A stretch of 63,948 nucleotides of DNA, the filler included, from Globobulimina sp. (Eukaryota), in NCBI GenBank assembly GCA_003354225.1. It is 21 parts of 21 records of this genome, joined end to end, with 100 filler letters (N's around TTAATTAATTAA, not from the genome) between each part and the next. Parts side by side here need not be neighbours in the genome. Positions count along the whole stretch, not along the records: positions 48,810 to 51,757 come from PIVH01004265.1; positions 51,858 to 54,805 come from PIVH01004266.1; positions 54,906 to 57,853 come from PIVH01004267.1; positions 57,954 to 60,901 come from PIVH01004268.1; positions 61,002 to 63,948 come from PIVH01004269.1; 16 more parts are not named here. One strand, 5' to 3'. Positions within the stretch are counted from its first letter, which is position 1. Each line of letters begins with the position of its first letter. A program made the position numbers and the translations under genes. Below the pieces are notes generated by a model. The model saw only the letters and a program-made list of their open reading frames with translations, was not told where the DNA came from and did not search any database. This document shows positions 49,686-61,814 of this stretch, in pieces.

Positions 49686-50639
49686 ATGCATTGTAACAGT
49701 AATTTAGCAAAGCAATTAGTTTGGGAATTCCATAACTTTACAGATCATTGTTTCAACTCCGAAGGTTTAGATTTTTTAATCGCAGTGAATGAGTTTAGGG
49801 ATTTAATTGATTCTGACGATGAACTACAATGTAAAAAAAATGTAGTCGCAATATATAAAATGTATATTGACCGAGATGCAGAATGTTGTATCAATATTAG
49901 TGGTTCGCTAAGAAATCAAATTTCTGCACTTTGTCAACAATTTGAACGCGAATTAAAACAACCAAAACCAGACGAAAATGAACAAATAAAATCATTTACG
50001 ATAAGCATAACATACAACACTATGTTTGAAGCTTCTTATTCTGAAATATTTAAAATTATGTTGCCGTATTTTCAGGACTTTATCAAACAGTTTCATGCCA
50101 AACGAAAACGATGCAAATTCAGAATACTCATTCCATTTTATTTTGAAACTGATTGGGGAATCGTTTGGGATCAGCGATTACAAAAAGAAACGAAATCAAA
50201 TAAAGCTGATCGACTGTTATCGACACATTCATCATTAGCTCGTCCTTTGTTGAATGAAAACGTTAATAACGCGGATAATAAAAGTGATAAAAGTGATAAA
50301 AGTGGCAAAAGTGGTAAAAGTGGTAAGAGTGATAAAAGCAATCGAAGTAATCGCAGTAATCGCAGTGGGAGATCAAAACCTGATCCTTGGGTGGAAGCAA
50401 TAGCGATGGAACAAATGCGGATGAAAACACTTGCCGTTGCTCCGGGTGTTGCTGCGCAGGAAAGGGTATTGGATGAATATCACAGTACATTTTCAGCACA
50501 AACAGTTCCACACCGTTTGCTTCACTCACAATCTGATAATACTAATACGTATAAACCATCAGAATCACATCCGGATAAATTGCCAGCGTGGAATTATGTA
50601 AAAAGTGTGAGTTTAGAAGGTGGGCAGTCCGTTGTGTGA
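49686..50639 (+). CDS. RGS-domain protein (probably 5' incomplete) with a 9-bp repeat tail
   Basis: FNSEGLDFLIAVNEFR, IYKMYIDRDAECCINIS; SDK/SGK/SNR repeats. Confidence 0.8.
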   Translation: MHCNSNLAKQLVWEFHNFTDHCFNSEGLDFLIAVNEFRDLIDSDDELQCKKNVVAIYKMYIDRDAECCINISGSLRNQISALCQQFERELKQPKPDENEQIKSFTISITYNTMFEASYSEIFKIMLPYFQDFIKQFHAKRKRCKFRILIPFYFETDWGIVWDQRLQKETKSNKADRLLSTHSSLARPLLNENVNNADNKSDKSDKSGKSGKSGKSDKSNRSNRSNRSGRSKPDPWVEAIAMEQMRMKTLAVAPGVAAQERVLDEYHSTFSAQTVPHRLLHSQSDNTNTYKPSESHPDKLPAWNYVKSVSLEGGQSVV

Positions 50640-50865
50640 ATGTAAATTTGTTTTCAGATGTCAGCTTTTTATGATATATTTTTATAGCTTAAATTGTGTT
50701 TTTATGTGTGAATTTGAGTTGCTTTTATTGTATAAAAGATTTTATTTTGACTGATTTTTTGTAAAATTATATTTTGATCGATATTACGATTTTATTACAA
50801 CTAAATTTAGATTTTGTATTGGTGGATTTTTTGAAAAATATTACACCAGCAACGGCTGTGCATTG

Positions 50866-51700
50866 TTAAATCTCCGACACTTTAGGACCAATACATTTCA
50901 AATAACCGATTCCCAAATATGAACTATGGGAATATCCTGATATCCTGATGGCATCTGTTTTGACGCCAACTCTTAGTGCATTAATAGAACTTTCTGAAAC
51001 CTCAATCGTTCCCACAAACACCCATTTTCTTTTTTCATTATCATATTTATCCAATCCTGCTCCATTTAAATATGCCGATCCCCAACCTTTACCTAAAAAA
51101 GCTCCAACTTCAATCGTTGTAATATGTACTATATTATCAAAGGTTGCTTGTATCCATGGATTCTTCTGTTGTTTTGTTCCACATCCTTTGGTCAAATCTC
51201 TATTCATTAATCTGTCATACGTATATATACTATAATTTGCAGACATTTTGGATGACATTTCAAATGTATATCTTACTGTAGCTGTCCTCAATGCTGTTTC
51301 AAACGAACCGCATCCTCTATCAGGTTGTTGATAATACAATAACACACTAATTAATTCTTTGTCATTTAATACATTTTCCGGCTCTACAAATTCTGCAAAA
51401 TATTTCCCATTCATTAATCCAAACCGTATCAAATCCCTCACAGATTTTAATAAATATGACCTATACTCTTTTGGTTTAACATCATTAATATTCCCATCAT
51501 CATGTTTTATATCGTCTGCATCCGGCACATCATTACAAACATTTGCTGTGCTTTGATACTCTGACCATTTCAATACAGCAGTCCATAATGCTTCCTCTGA
51601 ACATTCCAAAGGTTGTGTTTCCAGAAACAATCTCATTGCTTTCAACCCCAATTTTACAAAATCATTATCTTTTAATATCTTTTTAATCATAAAATAATAG
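50866..51700 (-). CDS. BTB/BACK-domain protein C-terminal part with a discoidin-like domain
   Basis: LECSEEALWTAVLKW, LIRFGLM (BACK); PWIQATFDNIVHITTIEV (F5/8C-like). Confidence 0.7.
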
Positions 51701-51947
51701 CTTTTTTGTAAGAATTGTTGACATCGTTTAAAGAATTTGGGAAAATTTAATTCAACCNNNNNNNNNNNNNNNNNNNNNNNNNNNNNNNNNNNNNNNNNNN
51801 NTTAATTAATTAANNNNNNNNNNNNNNNNNNNNNNNNNNNNNNNNNNNNNNNNNNNNTGCTAGTGAAAATTAGAAATTGATAGCGCAAATATTGAATGAG
51901 AAAAAAATAAATTAAAATTTGCAGAAATAACATTTTCGTGAACATGA

Positions 51948-52382
51948 TCATGGGATGATCAACTTGATGTGTTTAACAATAATATTGAAATCATAAATAG
52001 GATTTGATATCAATGAGTATGTATTCCAATCACCACTAAAATTATATGGTTTAAACATTTGTAATTCAGTGCCAAATGAATCGCTTTTACTAATATGTTC
52101 AACAGTTTTGTCAGTTGAATGATATAAAACCATTTGATTTTTGTCAGTTATATTTTGCGATGGAAGAACAATCAATGTTCTAGCATATCCGTTGAAATTG
52201 GAAAATGATCCAGATGCCTTACAAAACGCCGATGATAAACGATACTGAAATGATGAATCTTTAATAGATGATTGAGGTGGAAATATAGCATATTCAACCG
52301 TGGAACCCTTCCCATTTTTCCATTTCATTCTTTGAAAATCTTTCTTTGTATATACTCTACAACTGAAATCAAGTTGAGGCAT
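51948..52382 (-). CDS. HutD/Ves-like cupin protein
   Basis: MKWKNGKGSTVEYAIFP, FQYRLSSA, FSNFNGYARTL, FSGD, DFNII. Confidence 0.85.
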   Translation of the reverse strand: MPQLDFSCRVYTKKDFQRMKWKNGKGSTVEYAIFPPQSSIKDSSFQYRLSSAFCKASGSFSNFNGYARTLIVLPSQNITDKNQMVLYHSTDKTVEHISKSDSFGTELQMFKPYNFSGDWNTYSLISNPIYDFNIIVKHIKLIIP

Positions 52383-52550
52383 TTTTATCGAATTCAGTGA
52401 AGGGTTTTTACTTGAAACATTTATTTAAAAACTAAATCTATCGCAATATCTCCGAATTGATTGCATTTGTCAGTAATTTTGGTACGTATTAATAGTTAAT
52501 ATAAATGAAAACAAAATAAATAAATAATAAGAAAATTATAAAAATTAAAA

Positions 52551-54779
52551 TCATTTTGATCGAGAAGAATGATAATCCGAATCCGTTCTATATTTATTCC
52601 TTCCATCCCTTCCTGTTCTTGGTTTACGATGACCTCCATAGGTTTTCTTAATTCTTTTCCTTTTCCTTTTAGATTTATATTTAGCTTTAAATTCATTCTC
52701 TGCCGCGGCGATATGATGTGATGTTTTCGATAAATTCGATGAATTCTCCGATTCGTTCCCTTCTTCATCGATCATTTCAATTCTTCTCCTTTTTCGATCT
52801 GAGTCATTCTCATCACTTTTATCACTGAGTCTTCTTTTTCTTTTTCGTTTTTTATTTACCTTCTTTTTATCTGCTTTATTTTTACTTAATTTTGCAAATT
52901 CAGTGTTGACAATTTGTCCATCTTCGACTTTTCTAACATCAACGCTCGGCGGCACCACATCCCATCCAATTGCAACGATTTTTACTCTCTCTCCATTTCG
53001 ATACACAATATCTCCGATTTTAAATCCTTTATATTCCATTGTTTTACTTTGCGATTCTTCAATATCATAATCTTCATCCTCTAATTCTTCCTCTTCCTCT
53101 TCTTCCTCTTCCTCTTCTTCCTCTTCCTCTTCCTCAGATAATTTATTATTTTGCTCAGATTTACGTATTGAAATTGATAAACGTTTTGCTTTTTTTTTAT
53201 TAATATCCTCATTGCCATCATTACTCGCATTGCTCTCATTGCTGTCTCTCTCATCATCACCAAACTCATCGTTGTTGTTATGCTGCTCTTGGCTGTCTTG
53301 TAACATTCGTCTTCTTTTTCTATTTTCTTTGTTTTTTTTGCTGAATTTTCTTTGTTTATTTTTCTTCACCGTTTTTTTTGACATATTCCTGGTTCTCGTA
53401 ATTTTCCTATTTTTATTTTTATTTTCTGATTCTTGATCTGACTCTTCATCATCGTCATCATTTACATCCTCATCATTTGTGTCAATATTCATCGGCGATA
53501 ATGAATCATCCTCGGTTTTAATCTCTAAATTTGGCAATTTATTATTTGTAATTGAATCCATATCGAGATCTGAATTTGAATTTGAATCCGAATGTGAATG
53601 TGAATTGGAACCTGCATTGGATTGAATTGGTTCGATTAATATCTCAGTTTTATCTGGAATTGGTCGATCAGTTTCGGATGAATTTATATCTTCATTTAAC
53701 AGCATGTCACCGGTCATCACAGCATGGCCATTCCCTGATGCTTTTCTTCCTAAATAGCCGGTATAGAATGGATCAAAAACTTTTAAATCCAGCGCTTCCA
53801 TATCACCATCCGCCTCACCTTCATCCTCTTCGTCGCCTTCGTCATCCCCAATATCTCAGACAGTTTTTGCATGCAATGAAACTGAATGATGCTTGGTTTG
53901 AAGGGAAGCAATGTTACGTTTTCTAGGTTTTACTAAAAATCTAAATTCTTTTGACACTGTTTATATTCCAATTATATTCTCAGAAAATAGAAAATAAAAA
54001 ATAAAATTATACCGTCTTTGCCAGATTTAGTTTCAAAATGAGCGGGTTCATAGGTTTGCGGTGTCCGGTCGTGATAAGTCAGTCTCATTTCGCATTTTAG
54101 ATTGTTTGCATGCAATGAGCTCAATGTGGAACAAAATAAGGAAATTTGCCGCTTGACTCTATTAATATTTCGTGCCAATTCTTTTCCTTCACAAATTATC
54201 GGCGATTTATGTGCGTTTTGCCCATTTTTATGGCTTAATAACAATGTCGGTGCATCATTGCGAGACAATGGATATGATATTTCAAAGCAATAAGTTTCAG
54301 CCAATTCATTGTTGTCTTTATGGATGGAAAAACATAATTTATTCAAATATTTGTGTTGTATTGCTTCCATTGCCGAATCTATCCACGTTAATATATCATC
54401 GATGTGATCATCAGATCCTGATTTTAATTGTTTATATTTCTTTCGTGCTGACAAAATAATTATATTTCAATTTGTAAAATGATTAAAATTAGTTTGAATA
54501 TGTCATACCCGCATCTTTCCTCTCTACAAATTTATCTTCATCGAAGACTTGGCGCAAATAACAAATGGTTGATATTGATATTCCCAATAACTTTTTTAAT
54601 TTATTTATTTATTTTTTTAATTTGTGGGGAAATATTTGAGAACGTACGCGTACGCATACCTGTTTCACTCCGGTTAAAGATTGAGTTTCATTTAAAGTAT
54701 CAATACGGGTTACTTGTGCACTGCATTGACTTCCTGAAGTTGAAGGCCTACGGGATCTCGCCGTTTTAGTTGAGGCCAT
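52551..54779 (-). CDS. HOP1: HORMA-domain protein, Hop1/HORMAD-like, multi-exon, long charged C-terminus
   Basis: Spliced exons give ETQSL..|LLGISISTICYLRQVFDEDKF, WIDSAMEAIQHKYL, ETYCFEISY, MRLTYHDRTPQTYEPAHF. Confidence 0.8.
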
Positions 54780-54906
54780 GTTTGAAAGATGATGTTTAAA
54801 CTTAANNNNNNNNNNNNNNNNNNNNNNNNNNNNNNNNNNNNNNNNNNNNTTAATTAATTAANNNNNNNNNNNNNNNNNNNNNNNNNNNNNNNNNNNNNNN
54901 NNNNNC

Positions 54907-55461
54907 GATAATTATGTTGGGGAAAAAATTTATAGTATATACTTAAAATTAGCTAAAAAACCATTGACCAGAGCACAATTTGGACTCGGTTGCTTTATGC
55001 AAGGTTCGCAAATACAAATTGATAAATATGGCAATGTTGTCAATGTGGAACAATTACAAGATGGTGATTATGTTTTTAATCCTGTATTGAAGAAACAAAT
55101 TAGAATTCATACCGTGATACAAGGGCCTGAAACTGGACATATGTATCAAATTATGACAAATGATTCTTTGTCTGTTACGGTTACGGATACGCATCCAATC
55201 AAAGTTTGTAATGTTACTGGTGTGGATACGTTTGATTGCGATAACAATATTGCAGCAAAACATGTATTTGAAGGTGAATGGACGTTGACTAAAAATGGTC
55301 ATCGACAAATTAGTTCCATTGAAAAGATATCTGTTCAGAATGCAATGGTTTATAATTTCATGTTTGATGTGTCTGAGAATACCTTGATTTCAGCGCGTGC
55401 TGTTATTGCAAATGGAATTGTTTCACTCGATTTGTGGGCACAAAAAGATCATCATCAATAA
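54907..55461 (+). CDS. C-terminal Hint (intein/Hedgehog-type) domain protein, 5' truncated
   Basis: G|CFMQGSQI block A, VEQLQDGDYV, TVTDTHPI block B, VYNF, IANGIVS; no terminal His-Asn. Confidence 0.85.
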   Translation, partial: DNYVGEKIYSIYLKLAKKPLTRAQFGLGCFMQGSQIQIDKYGNVVNVEQLQDGDYVFNPVLKKQIRIHTVIQGPETGHMYQIMTNDSLSVTVTDTHPIKVCNVTGVDTFDCDNNIAAKHVFEGEWTLTKNGHRQISSIEKISVQNAMVYNFMFDVSENTLISARAVIANGIVSLDLWAQKDHHQ

Positions 55462-55758
55462 TTAATTCACACATAATTTTATGATGTGTATCATTTGTTG
55501 TGTGTATGTATGACGTTGATTGATGATTTGTTAATTTGTTTTTTATTATATTTATTTGCTAAAGTTAAGAGCAATGATATTATGACCACAAACGAATGCC
55601 ATTGCCATTCAATGTAGCTGACAGTAAATAAATGAACTCATAATTAATCGATATCACTCGCCAGTTCTAAAACAATTAACAATCCGACATCGCAGTTTTT
55701 ATCTGTCGGGGTTTTTTGAATTATGATGGAATCAAATCGCCTACTTGCTACTTTCATA

Positions 55759-57083
55759 ATGGGCGCCTGTTTTTCAACATCACAACAAAAACAAACACTG
55801 CAATCAAGTTTGCAGCAACAAGACAGTGCATTTTCTTTGATTGCGGGATATATTCGTAAAATTAGTTATGGTTTGGCAAGTTGTGATTTCGCACACATTC
55901 AATTTGTAATTTTAATGTTTTATCCTGCAAAAGGGCTATCACTGCAACCCGACGCAGCTTATTTATCACAACAACTCGGTAAACACAAACCAAATAAATT
56001 AACTGATAATATTCCTGTAAAATCTTATTCTGACATACCGGAACAAACGTGTTTATTATGCCATGCCTGTCAACCAAATGCAATGCCACATCAACCATCG
56101 CAGCAACAGTTACAAATGGTTTTAGATCATTACGTAATCGCTCAAAATAAAGATATGGAACAAATATTATTTGAAAATGAGCCGCATGTTTTGCAGTTTC
56201 GAGATAAAATATATCTGAAAGCCCAGCAAAATGGAATTAACTGCACATCAAATGATGATTTGCGATTAAAAATATTAGGAACTGTCATCGAATATACATT
56301 CAAGAATATACAACCACCAAACAAATATACGGAGGTTTTCTTATCTTTTCTTGTCTTTTTTTCATATACACAATTAATGTGCTCTAAATCCACAGGAAAC
56401 GGACCGAACTCATTTCACAGAAGTTGCGGCATTTTCCGCAAAGTTTTGCGAAAATCAAAACCTTGAAGTACCACTTACTTTGATCTGTGCAGCATGGTGC
56501 CATGACATTGAACGCTTTATACCGTCCACAAAATGCAAATATCTCCCAGAGGTATGTTTCCTTTTGTTTTCTGTACAAAGTATAGCTTTAATCCACACTA
56601 TAAATGACCATAAAGGTTGTGGATAAATATCGTAAACAGGTAATTCATCCAATTACTTCGGCAAAAATAGCGCGCGTATTATTCAAAGGTGGACCTATAA
56701 CGACCCCAGAAATTGATCGTATTTGTGAGTTAATTGTCCGCCATGACCTTCCAGACCCTCGTAAAGATATTATTATTTTGAGTGAATTATTAGTGTCCAA
56801 AGCCAGTGAGGATTTATTGTGGGAATTAGAGTGTTTAATGGATGGTGATGCATTCGCATTTTTCGAATCTACAATTTCGTCGTTTATAACGTTTAAAAGC
56901 AATAAGAATTCACCAGATTGGATATGGGAGAGAGTACGAACTAATATAAAACGATTGCGACCATATTTACGGGCCAAAGCTGTAGAATGTATTACTAATT
57001 TATCGCCGGATTTATTGTGTAAAATGAGTGTCAATTATGATGAATTGAATTGTTTGTGTTTTCCAAATTCAATTTCAAAATAA
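55759..57083 (+). CDS. Hypothetical multi-exon protein, MGACFS N-acylation motif
   Basis: Consecutive plus-strand ORFs with short GT-AG gaps; LIAGYIR motif. Confidence 0.55.
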
Positions 57084-57501
57084 ACAATGCTAAGCTGTTT
57101 GTAGTACGTATTAATTTAATTTAATATAAATATTTTTGTAGTATATGTTAAGGTACAATAAAATAAAAGTGGTGTATATGAATACAAACGGATTTAAATC
57201 AACATATTAGATTGATTTTGGTTTTTATATCGAAAATTGTATTCAAATGCTAGTATATATTGAATGTCCATAAAATAAACTGTAGAATGCAAAGGGAATT
57301 TATATATATAATTAAATATAGATGGATTCGATCAGTTTACTTGTTGGACATTTTAAATATATTTTTTTTTGTCTCCCACTTTTATTGAATAATTGTCTCC
57401 TAATTGTGTTATGTAATTAATATTTCTTTCTCGAATATAATTTATTAGTATTTACTTAGCCCTTAGTTTCTGAACTAATCAAAAACAAAATCTCCGTTAG
57501 C

Positions 57502-57853
57502 ATGTCTTTCCTGCTTATTTTATTTGCTATATTTCATATTTGCGCGTCACGATATGGCGTCCCAGTTACAGCAAATATGAAATCTTTTTCATCATCGATC
57601 AAAAATGGCCATATTGTCGCTGGTCAAGAACAAGTTGTATTCTCTAAGAATGAGGGTCCGGGTGTCATTACAGAACAATCCTTTGTTGCAGGATATGATG
57701 AACGGACAATTGTGAGATATTATATTGATGGCGACACCCAACCAACCATTCAATTCCATTTGTTCATTGCACATGGTATTGGTTTTACCGCTGCTGAAGC
57801 AAACGGAGATGTACCATGGGGCACCAAGAGAATTGGCCATAATGCACAGAATG
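57502..57853 (+). CDS. Secreted DUF2961-like protein (5' part)
   Basis: Signal peptide; GPGVITEQ...IVRYYIDGDTQPTI. Confidence 0.55.
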
Positions 57854-57953
57854 NNNNNNNNNNNNNNNNNNNNNNNNNNNNNNNNNNNNNNNNNNNNTTA
57901 ATTAATTAANNNNNNNNNNNNNNNNNNNNNNNNNNNNNNNNNNNNNNNNNNNN

Positions 57954-58811
57954 ATAACATTCAGCTGCACTCATCTCCGAATCCGTAATCATTTGATTAA
58001 TGATATCATTTTCCAATTCCTTATTTAAAGTGGCATCGTCTTTTATTCTCTGCTTGAATTTACTTTTTTTTTTCTTTTTTTTTATTGGCAGCGCATTATA
58101 AAAGAATTTATGTTTACTCAATTCCTCCTTACCTTCGATCATCCCGCCATGTAATGTCAGTGATGTGCCCCATGAATTTATCTCCAATTTATCATAATCG
58201 ATATCCCCCGAATCTTTACGTAGCGCCGCACCGCAATAAAACGTGCTATTTCTATGTCCGTTGTTGTCCGAAGGGATAACCGACATACAATTATCAGAAA
58301 CGCTTTGTTCTTCATCGTCCGGCAACACTTTCATATATTTCATCGATAATTGCGTAGAAAGTATAGGCGAAAACGTAAGATCATCATCGTCGATTTGCTC
58401 GCTATCATTATCGTAACCGCTCTCTTTATACGATCTGCCTTCGTCCGCTGTCAATGAATATATGCTTTCACTCGGCACAGTATCGAAACTATGGCGTTTG
58501 CGCAAAAACTGTATGCGGTTTTTAGTGTTTTTACCGTTTTCAGAGTATCGGATTTGTTGAGGCTCATCTTTGGTAACTAACGAATTACGTTTTTGGTGAT
58601 AGTCTGTGCACGTTTTTGTACTTTGCGTTTCTGTCTCAATGTCACTGTTTGAATTCGAGCATGAACTGATATTTATAGCATGCGAGGAATTAGCCATTTC
58701 GATGAAGCGTTCTCTTTGAAATTGAGTCTCTTCGCCAATTTGACTCTCTGTGACCGGGATAGCAACGTATTTATTCACTTTTGATGTGGTGTTTTGAGAG
58801 CCATTTGACAT
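57954..58811 (-). CDS. Hypothetical protein, disordered N-terminus (3' truncated)
   Basis: Long ORF from ATG, S/D-rich. Confidence 0.55.
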
Positions 58812-58883
58812 ATAATTTGAGTTATTTTTTTTGCAGTTTTTGTTTTTTAATGGCGGAGATTGGCTGTAAATTTGTATGTTTTT

Positions 58884-59654
58884 TCAGATAAAAAATTGTT
58901 TTTTGTCAGTAAGTATTACGTTAATTAACTTTTTCTTTCGTTTTTTGGTGATGGCATAAATAACGAATATGCACAATGTGAATGGAACGAATGCGATTAA
59001 AAACAGTAATGGATTAATACTGAGATTTTCCGGTGAATTCATATTTGAATTTGCATGTTGTACATGTTTGGCACTATTTGTATTTGTGTTGTTGGAGTGA
59101 AAGAGTTTTCTTCTTTGTTGGTCGTAAGCATTTAATGCTGATTTATACTCATTGTCAATGGCATAACGTGTGGTTGTACTTGGTGTGGATGGTAATATTG
59201 CGGATGGATTGCATTTATATTGTATGGTATTTGTGATTGCCTTCCATTTATGCATCATACATTTGAGCCTAATGTCAGTATTCATGATTGGTAAAATAAT
59301 ATTTTTCGGACCACAGAAAGTGTTTTGTGCGTTGTCGACGATTACATGGATAGTAACCATCATATTATATAATTGTGCGGGTGATATATGGATTGGTTTT
59401 GGTAGATTGTATTGGGTGTAATTATCATTTGTTACAGCGAGCGGATGAGATGGTTCAAGAGATCGAGAGGTTGGAATGTCAAATTGATCGAGATTGAGGA
59501 ACGAAACTGATGTGATATCAGGTTGAGTATATGTACAAGTTTGCGTGATCGGAAGATTGATGTTTGGCGTTTGAATGCATGCGATATGGTAACTGTCAGT
59601 AATACTGATTGGGAACAAAAGAAATACAGTAAGTATGAAAGACATTATGAGCAA
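58884..59654 (-). CDS. Hypothetical single-pass membrane protein
   Basis: Signal peptide plus C-terminal TM followed by KKRKKK. Confidence 0.55.
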   Translation of the reverse strand: MLIMSFILTVFLLFPISITDSYHIACIQTPNINLPITQTCTYTQPDITSVSFLNLDQFDIPTSRSLEPSHPLAVTNDNYTQYNLPKPIHISPAQLYNMMVTIHVIVDNAQNTFCGPKNIILPIMNTDIRLKCMMHKWKAITNTIQYKCNPSAILPSTPSTTTRYAIDNEYKSALNAYDQQRRKLFHSNNTNTNSAKHVQHANSNMNSPENLSINPLLFLIAFVPFTLCIFVIYAITKKRKKKLINVILTDKKQFFI

Positions 59655-59879
59655 TTAGTACACTGGGCATGAGAAAGAAAATTAAAACTTTTAGTTCGCA
59701 TTTGATAACTTGGACTGTCTAAAATCTAGCCAACCAAATATGAGCTTGAAAGAGGTACAATTGCTTTTACGTCATATCTTATTTGCATATACAGAATATA
59801 TACTTTTACGTCAAAGAGCCTTCGCGGCCGCGGAGCAAAATTATTAATAAATAACGCATCAAAATCATTAAAGAGCCCG

Positions 59880-60838
59880 TTGTTGTTTGACATGCAAATT
59901 GGAAAACGAACATTTGGCATAGAAATTGAAGCAATAATATCTCGTTGTAATAAGCACCAAAACCATTCAGATATTTTAGATTCGCTAAATTTAAAAGATT
60001 CATGGAATATCGTTGAAGATTTCTCCATCGACACTGAATTTAAACACACAAATCAAACTAAAATAGATCCGTTTATGAAATGCGAATTTGTATCTCCGAA
60101 ATTAGAATATAACAATGGAACAATGCGTTCATTGCAAGATTTGTGTCAAAATTTGCAATATGGAGTGGGGGCAAATATTAATCAAAGTTGTGGATTTCAT
60201 ATTCATTTTGATACAGAAGATTTAACAATAAATGATATCATAAAGATTGCTATTAATTATTCATACTTTGAACAAATTATTGATTTATTTATGGACAAAA
60301 CGCGAAGGGATAATAGTAATAAATTTATACAGTCGATACGTTCTCCAACTTACAAAAACATCGATAATTTGTATAACATTTTCGAAAATCCATTTTATAA
60401 TAAAACGTCATTAAGGTATAGCTTCGGAAATAAATTAACGAAATTTGTATATACAGATAATGCATCTTTTTGTATACAAATTTCTTTATTTAATTCATGT
60501 GTTAAACGTTAAGTGTGTTGGATATGATTAATCCAAATCGGAAGTGTCATAAATATAATTTTACCAATTTATTTTATTATAATTTGAATAAAATTGGTGT
60601 AAACAAATATATAAATACCATTGAAAATAGACATCATCACTCTACATTTAATTATTATGAGATGTTAAATTGGATTCGTTTCAATTTATTATTTATCCAT
60701 CATTCCGTGAATAAGCCTGTGTGTCTTATCAGAAATGATGCACAATTTAATATTTTAGCTGATTTTATTGAAGACGACGAAATAATCGAGTATTATCACC
60801 AGAAAATAAAAAAAATGCAAACAACAATTTTTATTTAA
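59880..60838 (+). CDS. Putative amidoligase (COOH-NH2 ligase, Amidoligase_2-like); intron about 60416-60513
   Basis: RTFGIEIE, W.IVEDFSI, EFVSP, NQSCGFHIH, KYNFTNL, TIENRHHHST. Confidence 0.82.
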
Positions 60839-61001
60839 TTAATTTTATTTTTATTTAAACGATTCATACATAATGACACATTTCTTTACGTTTTCGTTTT
60901 TNNNNNNNNNNNNNNNNNNNNNNNNNNNNNNNNNNNNNNNNNNNNTTAATTAATTAANNNNNNNNNNNNNNNNNNNNNNNNNNNNNNNNNNNNNNNNNNN
61001 N

Positions 61002-61563
61002 GCAAGCCGATGATAACGATACGTGCAATTTGTGGGCAGATAAGCGAGATACCGCCTCATTATGGATTGGATTTATGATTACGTTTTTAGCCATATTTTA
61101 TGCGGCATTTCGAGCCGATCAGATTGGGATTTTATGGGAAACGGATGAGGAGAATGCAGCGATGGAGCAACCATTGTTAGCGTCCGATGGTAAAAAGAAT
61201 AAAGATGTGGAGCAAGGGAGCATTGATGATGATATTGTGGCGGATAGCAATTATAACGATGTGGATGAGGATAAAAAGAAAAACGTGCAAAGTGAGAGTG
61301 TGGATGAGAACGCCGCATCTAAACAAGTACAGAAAATATCCAATGTGTATTTTCATTTAGTGATGGCATTGGCAGCCTGTTATATGGCGATGTTATTTAG
61401 TAATTGGGGGACTGGAACTGAATTGAAAACAAGTGGGAAAGCGTCGATGTGGGTCAATGTTGTATCACTATTTGCCACTGCATTGTTATTTTGGTGGACA
61501 TTAATAGCGCCTTTGTGTTGTCCGTCGCGCTTTGGTGCTCGTAATGAGGATGATGATATTTAA
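61002..61563 (+). CDS. Serine incorporator (Serinc/TMS) C-terminal part
   Basis: YFHLVMALAACYMAMLFSNW, SMWVNVVS, WWTLIAPLCCPSRF. Confidence 0.9.
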
Positions 61564-61814
61564 TTTTTTACCAAAAAATGTGTTTAATATAAATATTTAG
61601 TTTTAATTATAAAGAATCTTTAATTATAAAGAATCTGTTGTCCTTTTCTTCAAATGTTCTCCCACATATAAGCTGGAATCGGACTTACGTAATTTTGCGC
61701 AACACACTATTTACACACAGTAATTCTACAACAAATCAAATATAAAAAGGTATAATAATGAAACAATAAATATAAAAAGGTATAATTGACAAATTTGGCA
61801 TACTGTACACAAAT

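Noticed and set aside
50270-50370. 9-bp tandem repeat as a separate element
   Set aside because: In-frame low-complexity coding repeat (SDK/SGK/SNR)
2953-61001. Regular TTAATTAATTAA repeat every ~3 kb, and gene neighbourhoods across it
   Set aside because: Artificial linker between length-sorted contigs; no biological synteny across it
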